From Candidatus Multivorans sp. (lineage in GTDB: Bacteria > Acidobacteriota > Thermoanaerobaculia > Multivoradales > Multivoraceae), in the NCBI GenBank assembly GCA_965224025.1, contig OZ245033.1, positions 3,360,001 to 3,424,000 on the forward strand: a DNA stretch of 64,000 nt, written 5' to 3'. The position numbers were made by a program, and so were the translations under genes. Every line of letters starts with the position of its first letter. Within the stretch, counting starts at the first letter, position 1. This document shows, in pieces, positions 19,844 through 30,451 of the stretch. The notes below the pieces were generated by a model, which was not told the origin of the DNA, did no database searches, and worked only from the letters and a program-made list of their open reading frames with translations.

Positions 19844-22594
19844 GTGGCTAGATCGAGCACCGCCGAAGACGCGGAGGATTCGCGGGCGTCTGCCGCCGGA
19901 TCGCGGGGGTCGGCGCGGAGGTTCTCGGCGATGACGCCGATGCTCCGGCACTACCTGACGGTAAAGGCTGAGCATCCCGACGCCATCCTCCTGTACCGGA
20001 TGGGCGACTTCTTCGAGATGTTCTTCGAGGACGCGGTGACCGCGGCGCCGGTGCTCGATGTCGCCCTGACCGCGCGCCAGAAGGGTACGGCCAGCGAGGC
20101 GCCCATGTGCGGCGTACCTCACCACGCGGTCGACGCCTACATGGGCAGGTTGCTGGACGCCGGCTACAAGGTCGCGGTGTGCGACCAGGTGGAGGATCCG
20201 GCGCAGGCTCGTGGTCTGGTCCGCCGCGAGGTCACACGGATCGTGACGCCGGGCACGATCAGCGACATCGAAATGCTGGACCAGGCCCGCCCGAACTACC
20301 TGGCCGGAATCCGTTTCGATGGGGCGTCCGGCGCGGGCGCGTTTCTCGATCTCTCGACCGGCGAGTTCTTCGTGCGGCGCTGGTCGGACGCGGGCGAAGC
20401 GGTCGAGGATCTGGAACGGCTGGCGCCACGGGAAGTCCTCACCTGCGCCGCCGATTTCGAAGCCGGCGGGAGCGATCCCGAAGGCCATCTACCGGCCTGG
20501 ATCGGCCGTGCCGGCCCTTCCCACACCGAGGTCGACGAGGCCCAGGCGCCGCGGCCGGTCTCGGCCGAACGCGCCCTGCGACGGCAGTTCGGGGTCCAGA
20601 ACCTGCGCGGGTTCGGTCTGGTGGAGGGGGAGGCCGCGGTGACCTCGGCGGCCCTGGTCCTGGGCTACGCGCGCGGCGCGGCCCGGTCCGATATCGAGCA
20701 CATCGCCGCGCTGGAGGTCCAGCACGACGATCGATGCGTGGTGCTGGACGAGACGACGCTGCGCAACCTGGAGGTCTTCCGGCACCTCCAACATCAGGCG
20801 GGACGGACCCTGGTCGAGGTGCTCGACCTGACGATCACCGGGCCGGGAGCGCGCATGCTGCGACGCTGGTTGAGCCGGCCGCTGCGCGACCTGGCCGCGC
20901 TCGGCGACCGCCACGACGGGGTGGCGGCGTTGCTGTCGCAGATTGCCCAGCGGGAGGCGCTCCGGTCGCGGTTGAAGCGGATAGCCGATCTGGAGCGGCT
21001 GACCTCGCGCACGGTGCTGGGACGGATCACGCCTCGGGAGGTGGGGGCCTTGCGGGATACCCTGCGCGAGGCGCCGTCCGTGCTGGGCGCCCTCGACGGT
21101 CTTCAGGCGGAACTCCTGGAGCGTCTCGCCGTCGTGGATCCGCTGGCCGAACTCCGGTCGAGGCTGGACTCGGTGCTGGCGGAAACGCCCGGATCCCTGA
21201 CCGAGGGCGGCGTGATCGCCGCCGGCGTCGACGCGGAACTCGACCGGCTCCGTTCGCTGGCGCGGGACGGCAAGGGGCACATCGCCGGTCTCGAAGCGCA
21301 GGAACGCGAGGCGACCGGCATTGCGACGCTCAAGGTCGGCTACAACCGGGTCTTCGGCTACTACTTCGAAGTGCGGAAGACCCAGCAGGATCGGGTTCCC
21401 GACCACTACGTGCGCCGTCAGACGCTGACCAACGCCGAGCGCTACGTCACCGACGAACTGAAGACGCTGGAGCAGCAGATCCTCGGCGCCGAGAGCGGCC
21501 AGCTCGCGCTGGAGCAGCAGTTGTTCGAGGGGCTGCGAGAGGAGGCCGCGGAGCAGGCCTCGCGGCTGCTGGAACTGGCCGGCGCGCTGGCGGAGATCGA
21601 TTGTCTGATCGCCCTGGCCGAGGCAGCCGGCCGCTATGACTACGTGCGGCCGCGCATGCTGCCGTCCGGCGGCCGGATAGAGATCCGCGACGGTCGGCAT
21701 CCGGTGGTCGAACGGTCGGCGGCGGCGGTGCGGGGCGCGTCGGGTTTCGTTCCGAACGACGTCGCACTGGACCGGGAGAGGGAGCAGATCGTCCTGCTCA
21801 CGGGGCCCAACATGGGCGGCAAGTCGACCTACCTGCGGCAGGCGGCGCTCATCGTGCTCATGGCGCACGCCGGCAGCTTCGTGCCCGCTCAGAGTGCCGA
21901 GATCGGTCTGGTCGACCGCATCTTCACCCGCGTCGGCGCCAGCGACGACCTGGCCCGGGGCGAGTCCACCTTCATGGTGGAAATGGTCGAGACCGCGAAC
22001 ATCCTGCGCCACGCGACGCGCGACAGCCTCGTGGTACTCGACGAGGTCGGCCGCGGCACGTCGACCTACGACGGGCTCTCACTGGCCTGGGCGATCATCG
22101 AACGCCTGCACGAGCACAACGGGTGCCTGGCGCTCTTTGCCACCCACTACCACGAGCTGACCGGTCTGCCGGCAACCCTCGCGCGGGTTGCGAATCGGCG
22201 CATGGCGGTCAAGGAATGGCAGGACCAGATCCTGTTCCTTCACCGGGTCGCCGCTGGCCGGGCGGACAAATCCTACGGGCTGCACGTCGCCCGTCTGGCG
22301 GGAGTGCCGGCGGAGGTGGTCGAGCGCGCGGCAGCCGTACTGGCCAACGTCGAGTCGCAGCAGTACGGCTTCTCCGGCAAGCCGCGCGTGGTCGAAGGCG
22401 CGGCCGGCGCGCCGCCGGACAGGGGTCCCGACCAGCTCGCCCTGTGGGCCGGCGAGGACGAGGCGGTGGTCGAGGCGCTCAGAGTCGTCGACGTGAACCA
22501 GTTGACGCCCGTGGCCGCGCTGAACCTGGTGCAGACCCTGAAGGACCGGCTCAAGTCCAGATCGCCGGAGACCTCACGGTCCGGTCGACGGTAG
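19844..22594 (+). CDS. mutS: DNA mismatch repair protein MutS
   Basis: TPMLRHY...RMGDFFEMF, TGPNMGGKST, STFMVEM, DEVGRGTST, ATHYHEL. Confidence 0.97.
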   Translation: MARSSTAEDAEDSRASAAGSRGSARRFSAMTPMLRHYLTVKAEHPDAILLYRMGDFFEMFFEDAVTAAPVLDVALTARQKGTASEAPMCGVPHHAVDAYMGRLLDAGYKVAVCDQVEDPAQARGLVRREVTRIVTPGTISDIEMLDQARPNYLAGIRFDGASGAGAFLDLSTGEFFVRRWSDAGEAVEDLERLAPREVLTCAADFEAGGSDPEGHLPAWIGRAGPSHTEVDEAQAPRPVSAERALRRQFGVQNLRGFGLVEGEAAVTSAALVLGYARGAARSDIEHIAALEVQHDDRCVVLDETTLRNLEVFRHLQHQAGRTLVEVLDLTITGPGARMLRRWLSRPLRDLAALGDRHDGVAALLSQIAQREALRSRLKRIADLERLTSRTVLGRITPREVGALRDTLREAPSVLGALDGLQAELLERLAVVDPLAELRSRLDSVLAETPGSLTEGGVIAAGVDAELDRLRSLARDGKGHIAGLEAQEREATGIATLKVGYNRVFGYYFEVRKTQQDRVPDHYVRRQTLTNAERYVTDELKTLEQQILGAESGQLALEQQLFEGLREEAAEQASRLLELAGALAEIDCLIALAEAAGRYDYVRPRMLPSGGRIEIRDGRHPVVERSAAAVRGASGFVPNDVALDREREQIVLLTGPNMGGKSTYLRQAALIVLMAHAGSFVPAQSAEIGLVDRIFTRVGASDDLARGESTFMVEMVETANILRHATRDSLVVLDEVGRGTSTYDGLSLAWAIIERLHEHNGCLALFATHYHELTGLPATLARVANRRMAVKEWQDQILFLHRVAAGRADKSYGLHVARLAGVPAEVVERAAAVLANVESQQYGFSGKPRVVEGAAGAPPDRGPDQLALWAGEDEAVVEALRVVDVNQLTPVAALNLVQTLKDRLKSRSPETSRSGRR

Positions 22595-22676
22595 AAGGCG
22601 CCGGCCGTTGGCCGGCAGGTGATCCCGGGCGCCCTTGGCGGCAGCCGGCCGGAAGGCCGGAGCACCGGGTGTTTGC

Positions 22677-23117
22677 CTAGAAGGGGATGTCGTCGTCGCC
22701 GCCGGCCGGGTCGAAGCCGGCGTCTTGGGGGGCGGGCTGGGCCGGCGCCGCCTGGCTTCGCCCGTGGCCGGACTGTCCGCCGCTGTCGCCGCGGCCGCCG
22801 AGCATCTGGAAGTTGCGGCAGATGACCTCGGTGCGATAGCGCTTCTGGCCGGACTGCTGATCGTCCCAGGAGCGGGTCTGGAGTCGGCCCTCGACCGAGA
22901 CCAGTTTGCCTCTGGTCAGGTACTGGCCGGCGACCTCGGCCTGGCGGCCCCAGCAGACGATGTAGTGCCACTCCGTCTCCTCCTGGCGGTTGCCGTCCCG
23001 GTCCGTCCAGCGCCGGTTCGTGGCGACACTGAAGTTGGCGACCGTCTGGCCGGATTGAGTCGTGCGGAGTTCCGGGTCGCGGCCGAGATGGCCGATCAGG
23101 ATCACGTGGTTCAGCAT
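22677..23117 (-). CDS. ssb: Single-stranded DNA-binding protein
   Basis: [16 protein letters not shown]...TEWH...[10 protein letters not shown]; C-terminal DDDIPF. Confidence 0.96.
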   Translation of the reverse strand: MLNHVILIGHLGRDPELRTTQSGQTVANFSVATNRRWTDRDGNRQEETEWHYIVCWGRQAEVAGQYLTRGKLVSVEGRLQTRSWDDQQSGQKRYRTEVICRNFQMLGGRGDSGGQSGHGRSQAAPAQPAPQDAGFDPAGGDDDIPF

Positions 23118-23293
23118 GGCGGGAGAGTCGTCCTTTCTGGTGGTTCGGGAGGGAGCGGCGGTTTGTCTTCGGCAGGCGAGTCTTGGAAACGGCACGACCG
23201 GCATCGTGTCTCTCGCCTGGTTGTACGGAACTCGGGTCCGGAGCGTCGCCCGGCCGTCGCGATGGTCGATCGTAACCGCTGGACCAGGAGACT

Positions 23294-23371
23294 GCGCGGC
23301 AGAAACTGGATGCGCGGGCCTTCTGGCCCGCATCCGGCGCGAAGCGCCGGTCTCTGGGAGTTCTGCCGCGC
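23294..23371. repeat. REP/MITE-like structured repeat, copy 2
   Basis: GCGCGGCAGAA...GCGGGCCTTCTGGCCCGC ATCCGGCGCGAAGCGCCGG...TTCTGCCGCGC. Confidence 0.8.
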
Positions 23372-23409
23372 TAGCGCCGCGGGTACCGTCCCGGCGTTAT
23401 GGTTCGGCC

Positions 23410-23847
23410 GTGCGTCTGGTCGTGCAGCGGGTCAGTTCGGCGTCGGTGACGGTCGATGGCCGGACCGTCGGTCGGATCGACGGCGGCTTGCTCGTGCTGG
23501 CGGGAGTGGAAGTCGGCGACGGCGAGGACCAGGCGGCGGCCGCGGCGTCGAAGTTGACCCGTCTGCGCCTCTTCGATGACGAGCGGGGAAGGATGAACCT
23601 GGATGTGCGGCAAGCCGGCGGCGCGGTCCTGCTGGTGTCGCAGTTCACGCTCGCGGCCTCGACGCGGAAGGGAAGGCGGCCCTCCTTCGACCGGGCGGCC
23701 CGTCCGGAAGTGGCCGAGCCGTTGCTGGCCGGCCTGTGCAGGCGCCTGGAAGAGGCGGGGCTGGTCGTCGAGGGCGGCCGCTTCGGCGCCCGGATGCGGG
23801 TGGATCTTGCGAACGACGGACCGGTGACGTTCGTGCTGGAGTTCTAG
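23410..23847 (+). CDS. dtd: D-aminoacyl-tRNA deacylase
   Basis: MRLVVQRV, VSQFTL, KGRRPSF, FGARM, NDGPVT. Confidence 0.96.
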   Translation: MRLVVQRVSSASVTVDGRTVGRIDGGLLVLAGVEVGDGEDQAAAAASKLTRLRLFDDERGRMNLDVRQAGGAVLLVSQFTLAASTRKGRRPSFDRAARPEVAEPLLAGLCRRLEEAGLVVEGGRFGARMRVDLANDGPVTFVLEF

Positions 23848-23920
23848 CGGCGCAGGGAACTGGCCGCGTCGAAGAGGACGCCGGCGCGCCCAGTGGGCGG
23901 CCAGTTTTCAGCGCCGGTTG

Positions 23921-24187
23921 CTACAGGTTCTTCAGTTCCTTGCCAGGCTTGAAGCGGACCGTCTTGCCGGGGGCGATCGTCACCTCGACACCGGTCTTCG
24001 GATTGCGCCCCACGCCGCGCTTGCGGTTGCGGATCTGGAAGACGCCAAAGCCGCGGAGCTCGATCCGCTTGCCGTCGCCAAGGGCGGCCTTCATGGCGCC
24101 GAGGATCGTGTCGACCGCACGCGCGGCCTTGACGCGGGGAAGATCCGAGTTTTCAACGACCCGGTTCACGATGTCCGCCTTGATCAT
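23921..24187 (-). CDS. HU/IHF family DNA-binding protein
   Basis: MIKADIV...IELRGFGVF...GRNPKTG...FKPGKEL. Confidence 0.95.
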   Translation of the reverse strand: MIKADIVNRVVENSDLPRVKAARAVDTILGAMKAALGDGKRIELRGFGVFQIRNRKRGVGRNPKTGVEVTIAPGKTVRFKPGKELKNL

Positions 24188-24353
24188 ATGGAGCGCCTCC
24201 TCAGAGCCGGCGGCCGGGTTGCGGGCGCGGGTTGCGGGCAGAAGGCCGAACACCGCCGCGGATCGGCCGTGGGTCGGTCATTCTAGCGCGCGAGGGCCCC
24301 TCCCGTAAAGGCATCACGCGGCCGCGTACCCGGCTGCTAGCCTTGGCGCTCGC

Positions 24354-26297
24354 ATGGACTCCCCAGGACTCAACCCGGCGTCGTCGAGACCACGGATGTG
24401 GCGTCACCGAGTCGCCGTGGCGACGCTTGTAGTGCTCTGCCTGGGAACATCCGGCTCGACAGGACAGGAGGCCGCCGAACCGGTCGCCGACAGCGGCCCG
24501 TTCCTGTTCGCGGCCGCCCGCATGCTGGCCGGTGAACCGGACCGGACCGACGAGGCGTTGGACCTCTACGAGCGGGCGGTGACCACGGATCCCGAGGCGC
24601 CCTTTCTGAGGGTCGGGCTTGCCGACTTCCTGAGTCAGCTCCGGCGTTTCGACGAGGCGGCGGAACACCTGGCGGTCGCCTACCGGAATGCGCCGGACGA
24701 TGTCGACGTGTTGCGCAGATACGGGCAGATCCAGATGCAGCTTTCCGACCGCCTCAGGGACAGGGCGGCGGTGGACCGCGCCCTGGAAGCGCTCAAGGCC
24801 CTGCGGGAACTGGCGCCGAGCGACATCGACGGCATGCTGTTCCTGTCCCGGATTCACGGGGCGCTGGGGCGGCACAAGGAGGCGGCGGCGGTTCTCGAAG
24901 AGTTGATCAGCTACCACAACGGCAACCGTCAACTGCAGCACATGCTGGTCAATGCCTTGAGGGAGGCCGGCGAGGATGATCGGGCGCGAGAGGTCCAGGC
25001 CGACATGCTGCGCTTCGATGATCTCTCGGTCGAAGACCGGCTGGAGCTGGCGGGGAGGGAAAGCCGGCAGGGAAACCACACCAGGGCGATCGAGATGCTG
25101 GAGGGTCTGTCCGAGGAGTCCGACAGCGTTCCAGTCCGGGGGGCCCTGGCGGAGGAGTACTACCGGCGCGCCATGTCCCGCGGGCGAACGCCCGGTCAGC
25201 GAACCGAAGATCTCGCCGAGGCCCTGCGGCGTCTGCGCGAGCTGCCGCGCGCCACCCGCCGCAACCCGGGCGCCCGCTTTCTCGAGGCCCGCGTCCTGGG
25301 CGCCTCGGGCCAGGGGCGGGAGGCGATCGACCTGCTGGAAGGTCTGCGCGGGGAACAGCCCGACGAGCCGCGGGTTCTGAGGGAACTCGTGCGTCAGTTG
25401 ATGGCGGCGGACGAGTGGGAGCGGGCCCTCGCCGAGTTGGAGGCCGAAGTGGAGCGGCGCGGCGAGTCGGCCGCACTTCTGTTGAGTCAGGCGGAGTTGC
25501 TGGCGGAGTCGGGCAGGAAGCGGCGTGCGATGGCCATCCTCCGGCGTGACCCGGTTGCCACCGACCGTCTGGTCCGCGGCGGGGAGGACGGCGCACCGGA
25601 CGTGCAGGCGATCCACCGGAAGGCCGGGCTCTACGTCGACCTCGACGAGGAACGCCTCGCCATGCGCATCCTCGATCGGTTCGCGGCGGCTGGAAACGTC
25701 GCGCAACTGATCGGGATCGCCGACTTCTGGCGCTTGCGGGGTCGATTCGCGGAGTCCGCGCCCCTGATCGAGCGGGCCCTCGTTCGGGTCGATAGCGACT
25801 CCGAAACCGGCCTGGATCTTGAACCTGAGACTCTTCGCGCGGGTCTGTTCTTTCAACTCGGGGAGGCGTACGAGAGGACCCGTCGCTACGACGAGGCGGC
25901 CGAGCAGTTCCAGGCGGTGCTCGAGATCCAGCCCGAGAACAGCACCGCGATGAACTACCTGGGCTACATGTGGGCGGACAACGGCGAGAACCTGGAGCAG
26001 GCGCTTGAGCTGGTGCGCCGCGCCGTGGCTCTCGAACCGGACAACGGCGCTTACGTCGATTCCCTGGGTTGGGCGCTGTTCCGGCTGGGGGAGTTCGAAG
26101 AGGCCCGCCGCCACCTGGAGCGGGCGATCCAGTTGGCGCCGGAGGACCCCACCGTCCTGGAACATCTCGGCGATGTCTATGTCGCGCTCGGCGATACGGG
26201 CCGGGCCCGGGAGGCCTACGAGCATGCACTGGCGATCAACGACGAGGAAAACGTCGAAGCCGTGCGCCGCAAGCTGGGCGAACTGTCTCCGCGGTAA
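24354..26297 (+). CDS. Exported tetratricopeptide-repeat protein
   Basis: Signal peptide; C-terminal AMNYLGYMWAD...AYVDSLGW...EHLGDVY TPRs of the family usually found upstream of lolB/ispE; start may be ATG 24396. Confidence 0.88.
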   Translation: MDSPGLNPASSRPRMWRHRVAVATLVVLCLGTSGSTGQEAAEPVADSGPFLFAAARMLAGEPDRTDEALDLYERAVTTDPEAPFLRVGLADFLSQLRRFDEAAEHLAVAYRNAPDDVDVLRRYGQIQMQLSDRLRDRAAVDRALEALKALRELAPSDIDGMLFLSRIHGALGRHKEAAAVLEELISYHNGNRQLQHMLVNALREAGEDDRAREVQADMLRFDDLSVEDRLELAGRESRQGNHTRAIEMLEGLSEESDSVPVRGALAEEYYRRAMSRGRTPGQRTEDLAEALRRLRELPRATRRNPGARFLEARVLGASGQGREAIDLLEGLRGEQPDEPRVLRELVRQLMAADEWERALAELEAEVERRGESAALLLSQAELLAESGRKRRAMAILRRDPVATDRLVRGGEDGAPDVQAIHRKAGLYVDLDEERLAMRILDRFAAAGNVAQLIGIADFWRLRGRFAESAPLIERALVRVDSDSETGLDLEPETLRAGLFFQLGEAYERTRRYDEAAEQFQAVLEIQPENSTAMNYLGYMWADNGENLEQALELVRRAVALEPDNGAYVDSLGWALFRLGEFEEARRHLERAIQLAPEDPTVLEHLGDVYVALGDTGRAREAYEHALAINDEENVEAVRRKLGELSPR

Positions 26298-26301
26298 CTC
26301 G

Positions 26302-27078
26302 CTGGCGCCTGCGAACCAGTCCGGGGCGCTGCTGCTGGTGCTGCTGAGCCTGCTCTGGCTCATGGGCTGCGGCAGTGCCGGCCCGACGCTTGATCTTCCG
26401 CCTGGCGGAGATCCCGCCGCCGCGGCTGCGTTGCCGTGGGAGATTCCCGAGCCGGAGTGGCGTACCCAGCGCATCGTCCAGATGCAGTACGACGGCTCGG
26501 AGGGACACGGAACGCTGCACCTCGTGTTGCGTTTCGAGTCGCCGGACCGCTTTCACGTGGTGGCCTCGGATCGGTTGGGGCGCCGATGGTGGGACCTCAA
26601 CGTTCAGGAGGGCAGCGCCCTGGTCCTGTGGGTGCGCGAGCGGACCTTCTGCCGGTACCGCGGCGACCTGGAGATTCCCGCCCTGTCCCTGGGCCCGGTC
26701 CCTGCCGGTGCGGTCGCCGCGCTGCTGCTGCGGCGACTGCCGGCGCCGCCGATCGACGCTGGAACCGTGGCGGCGGCGGCAGCGGCCGCAGGCTCCGGCG
26801 TCGTGGAGCTCGACTTCGATGACCGCTGGGGCCGGCGCTGGACGGCGGTGACGACCAGGGGCGGCCCGCGCCGCTGGACACTGCACCGGGGCGCCGAGAC
26901 GAGGGCCTCGTGGAGGCTCCACGATGGCGGCATGTCGCGGCTGGTCGAGCCCGAAACAGGGCTTGAGCTGCTTTGGCGCCAGAACAAGCCGGCACGGGAA
27001 CTGAGAGGTGCGCTGCGGGCCCCGGAAGTACCGGACGGTTTCCTGCCCGGCGCCTGCGATTCCGGCAGTGTCCGATGA
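26302..27078 (+). CDS. Putative lipoprotein in the lolB position (start uncertain; ATG 26224 is possible)
   Basis: LLLVLLSLLWLMGC lipobox, beta-rich Trp-containing body, stop overlaps the ispE start. Confidence 0.65.
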   Translation: MAPANQSGALLLVLLSLLWLMGCGSAGPTLDLPPGGDPAAAAALPWEIPEPEWRTQRIVQMQYDGSEGHGTLHLVLRFESPDRFHVVASDRLGRRWWDLNVQEGSALVLWVRERTFCRYRGDLEIPALSLGPVPAGAVAALLLRRLPAPPIDAGTVAAAAAAAGSGVVELDFDDRWGRRWTAVTTRGGPRRWTLHRGAETRASWRLHDGGMSRLVEPETGLELLWRQNKPARELRGALRAPEVPDGFLPGACDSGSVR

Positions 27079-27968
27079 AGACGGAGGTCAGCCTGGCGTG
27101 CCCCGCCAAGGTCAACCTGAGTCTGCGGGTGCACGGCCGGCGCCGCGACGGCTACCACGCGATATCGACCGTGATGCAGACGGTCGGTCTTTGCGACCGG
27201 CTGACGGTGAGCCGGATCGACCCGACTGATCCCATGCGCCTCGATGTGCCCGTAGGCGGGGCGCCGAACGATGACTCGAACCTCGTTCTGGCGGCGGCGC
27301 GGGCGTTCTTCAAGGCCGTCGGCGAGCCGGCGCGGGGTGTCCGGTTCGAACTGAGGAAGAGCATTCCGGCCGGCAGCGGACTAGGCGGCGGCAGCAGCGA
27401 CGCGGCGGGGACTCTGGCCGCCCTGCAGGAACTCTGGGGCGAACCGCTCAGTGCCGAGGGTCTCCACGCCGCGGCCGCCGCGGTCGGTTCGGACGTGCCC
27501 TTCTTCCTGGTCGGCGGGACGGTGCTGGCGACCGGCCGGGGCGAGAAGCTGCAGGCACTGCGGGATGTCGAGGCGGCGCCGGTGGTCGTCGCGGCGCCGG
27601 CGGTGGAGGTGTCGACAGCGGAGGTGTACGGGCGCTGGCGCCGAAGCAGATCGTCAGCGGCGGGGCCTCGGGAAGAAGAACTGCTGCCGCCGCCGACGGG
27701 GCGAAGCGAGGCCGCCCCGTGGCTCCGGGGCAACGACCTGGAACCGGTTGTCCGGCGCCTCCATCCGGAGGTGGACCGCCTGGTCCTCGCCCTGCGGGCA
27801 GCCTCGCTCGACGAGTCGGACCGGGGTCCTCAGGTTTCCGGCAGCGGCGGCGCGGTGTTCGGGATCGGTAGCTGGAGGGATGCCGAGCGCGCGGTCGCAG
27901 GCCTTGACGTGCGACTGTTCCGAACCTCGACCCTGCCCAGACGCCGCAGCGCGGAGTTGCACCTCTGA
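27075..27968 (+). CDS. ispE: 4-diphosphocytidyl-2-C-methyl-D-erythritol kinase
   Basis: PAKVNL, DGYH, IPAGSGLGGGSSDAA, GSDVPFF, NDLE, SGSG. Confidence 0.96.
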   Translation: MKTEVSLACPAKVNLSLRVHGRRRDGYHAISTVMQTVGLCDRLTVSRIDPTDPMRLDVPVGGAPNDDSNLVLAAARAFFKAVGEPARGVRFELRKSIPAGSGLGGGSSDAAGTLAALQELWGEPLSAEGLHAAAAAVGSDVPFFLVGGTVLATGRGEKLQALRDVEAAPVVVAAPAVEVSTAEVYGRWRRSRSSAAGPREEELLPPPTGRSEAAPWLRGNDLEPVVRRLHPEVDRLVLALRAASLDESDRGPQVSGSGGAVFGIGSWRDAERAVAGLDVRLFRTSTLPRRRSAELHL

Positions 27969-28092
27969 CGAACGTCGCCGGGGTTTTCTTCGAGCGTCCC
28001 TTTGCCGCCGCTAGCGGAGCGCTCCCTAGGCGAGATTCCCGGATGGACGCAGAGGTGGCTCGCGCGCTTCATGTACAATCCGCCGGCCCGTC

Positions 28093-28167
28093 TGGGGCGT
28101 CGCCAAGTGGTAAGGCACGAGACTTTGGATCTCGCTATCGGGGGTTCGAATCCTCCCGCCCCAACCA
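28093..28167 (+). tRNA. tRNA-Gln(TTG)
   Basis: TGGGGCG/CGCCCCA acceptor stem, CGAGA-CT-TTG-GA-TCTCG anticodon arm, GGTTCGAATCC T-loop, encoded CCA. Confidence 0.97.
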
Positions 28168-28227
28168 CGGAGATGCGCCGGCCTTCTCTCCCTGATGACC
28201 GTCCACGCCAACAACGTCGAGCGGGCC

Positions 28228-29169
28228 ATGTACACGGAGTTGAAGATCTTCGGCGGCCGGGCGCACCCGGCGCTGACGAACGAGATCTGCGGCTACCTGG
28301 GCATGGCGCCGGGCCAGGTCACGGCCTACAACTTCGCCGACGGCGAGCTTTTCTGCCAGATCCAGGAGAACGTGCGCGGCACCGACGTGTTCATCGTGCA
28401 GCCCACGTGCCCTCCGGTCAACGACAACCTCGTCGAGTTGCTCATCATGCTGGACGCGGTCAAGAGGGCCTCGGCGGCGCGTGTAACAGCCGTCATTCCG
28501 TACTACGGGTACGCCCGCCAGGACAAGAAGGACAAGCCGCGGGTTCCGATCACCGCCAAGCTGGTGGCGGATCTCATCACGGCTGCCGGCGCCGACCGTT
28601 TGCTGACCATGGATGTCCACGCGGCGCAGATTTCGGGCTTCTTCGACATTCCCGTTGATCATCTGTTCGCGGCGCCGGTTCTTCTGGACGCGATCAGGGC
28701 GCTGGCCATCGACGACCTGATGATCGTGGCGCCTGACGCGGGTGGCGTGGCACGGGCTCGGGCGATCGCCAAGCGGCTGCACACGGATCTCGCCATCATC
28801 GACAAGCGCCGCGTGGCCGCGAACGAGGCCCAGGTGATGCACGTCATCGGCGACGTGAAGGGACGCGACCTCCTGATCCTCGACGACATCATCGACACCG
28901 GCGGCACGCTGCTGAATTCGGTCGAGTCGCTGGCTGCCCAGGGTGCGCGGAGGATCTTCGCCGCCGGGATACACGGCGTTCTTTCGGCCTCCGCGATCGA
29001 ACGAATCGAAAACTCGAAACTCGAGGGCGTTCTGGTGACGAACACCACGCCGCTCGAGGACAAGCTCGCCAGGAGCACACGGCTGCGTCCCCACAGCGTC
29101 GCGGCCCTGCTCGGCGAGGCCATTCGCAGAATCCACGACAACAGCTCCGTGACATCCCTCTTCGTCTGA
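28228..29169 (+). CDS. prs: Ribose-phosphate pyrophosphokinase
   Basis: FADGE, PYYGYARQD, APDAGGVARA, DDIIDTGGT. Confidence 0.97.
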   Translation: MYTELKIFGGRAHPALTNEICGYLGMAPGQVTAYNFADGELFCQIQENVRGTDVFIVQPTCPPVNDNLVELLIMLDAVKRASAARVTAVIPYYGYARQDKKDKPRVPITAKLVADLITAAGADRLLTMDVHAAQISGFFDIPVDHLFAAPVLLDAIRALAIDDLMIVAPDAGGVARARAIAKRLHTDLAIIDKRRVAANEAQVMHVIGDVKGRDLLILDDIIDTGGTLLNSVESLAAQGARRIFAAGIHGVLSASAIERIENSKLEGVLVTNTTPLEDKLARSTRLRPHSVAALLGEAIRRIHDNSSVTSLFV

Positions 29170-29196
29170 GCTGTTCGACACTCCAAGGAGCTCGAA

Positions 29197-29865
29197 GTGA
29201 GCGAACCCACGGTCAGTGTCCGGCTGCGTGAGCAGACCGGAAAGAATGCAAACCGCCGTCTGCGGGCCGCGGGTGAGATTCCGGCCGTGGTCTACGGCGG
29301 CGATGCCGATTCGGCGGCCATCCGGGTCGACGGCATGAGCGTGCAGAGTCTGATCCGGGAGGGCGGAGAAAATGCCGTCTTCCAGCTCCAACTGGAGGGT
29401 ACGGATCGCACGCGGCACACGATGATCCGCGACCTGCAGTGGAACCCATTGACCGGTGCGCTGGTCCACATCGACTTTCTGCGGGTGAAGATGGACCAGG
29501 AAGTTCAGGTCTCGGTGCCGGTCGCGCTGACCGGAACTCCCGAAGGAGTCAAGAACGAGGGCGGCTTGGTGGAGTTCATCACCCGAGAGGTCGCGGTCAC
29601 CTGCCTGCCCGGCGACATTCCGTCCTCGATCGAACTCGATGTCACTCCGCTGCACATCGGCCAGCATCTGGAGGCCGGCGAACTCGTACTCCCCGACGCA
29701 GTGCGGCTCGACGAGGACGACAACCGCGTCATCGTGTCGGTTGCCGCCCCGAGAATCGCCGAGGAGGAGGAAGAGGTCACCGACGAGGACGAACTGCTCG
29801 AAGCCTTTACCGACGAACCCGAAATGGTGGGCGGGAAGGCCGAGTCGGAGGATGGGGACGAATAG
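29197..29865 (+). CDS. rplY: 50S ribosomal protein L25/Ctc
   Basis: GKNANRRLR.G.IPAVVYG, HIDF, acidic tail. Confidence 0.95.
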   Translation: MSEPTVSVRLREQTGKNANRRLRAAGEIPAVVYGGDADSAAIRVDGMSVQSLIREGGENAVFQLQLEGTDRTRHTMIRDLQWNPLTGALVHIDFLRVKMDQEVQVSVPVALTGTPEGVKNEGGLVEFITREVAVTCLPGDIPSSIELDVTPLHIGQHLEAGELVLPDAVRLDEDDNRVIVSVAAPRIAEEEEEVTDEDELLEAFTDEPEMVGGKAESEDGDE

Positions 29866-30451
29866 CGACGCACGGCGACTGGTCCTCGGTCTCGGCAATC
29901 CGGGAGAGCGATACGCCGGCACCCGTCACAATCTCGGCTTTCGCGTCGTCGAGGAACTGGCACGGCGACTGGACGTCCGTCTCGGCCTGGAGGTCTGCGG
30001 CGCGCTCTGGACCGCCGCCGGCCCCGTCGACCTGGCGACTCCGCAGACCTACATGAACCGCAGCGGCTACAGCGCGCGCTGCCTCAGTGAACGGAATGGC
30101 TATGCTCCCGAGAACATCCTGGTCGTCTATGACGAAGTCCATCTGCCCCTGGGAAGGCTGCGCCTTCGCGGCAGGGGCAGTCCGGGCGGCCACCGAGGTA
30201 TGGAGTCGATCATCGAGAACCTGCGCACCGCGGCGGTGCCCCGGCTGAGGTTGGGAATCGCGGAGTACGAAGCGGAACAAGCGGATGGGAGTGCCACCGG
30301 GATGGAAGCGGGGCTCACGGATTTCGTGCTCGCTCCTTTCGCCGGAGAGGAAGTCGAAACGGCAAAGCGCATGGTGCGCCGCGCCGCCGACTGCGTGCTG
30401 AGTTGGGTCGACCGCGGTGTCGACATCACCATGAACGAGTACAACGGATGA
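29852..30451 (+). CDS. pth: Peptidyl-tRNA hydrolase
   Basis: GLGNPG..Y..TRHN.GF, PQTYMN.SG, GGHRG, RLRLGI. Confidence 0.95.
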   Translation: MGTNSDARRLVLGLGNPGERYAGTRHNLGFRVVEELARRLDVRLGLEVCGALWTAAGPVDLATPQTYMNRSGYSARCLSERNGYAPENILVVYDEVHLPLGRLRLRGRGSPGGHRGMESIIENLRTAAVPRLRLGIAEYEAEQADGSATGMEAGLTDFVLAPFAGEEVETAKRMVRRAADCVLSWVDRGVDITMNEYNG

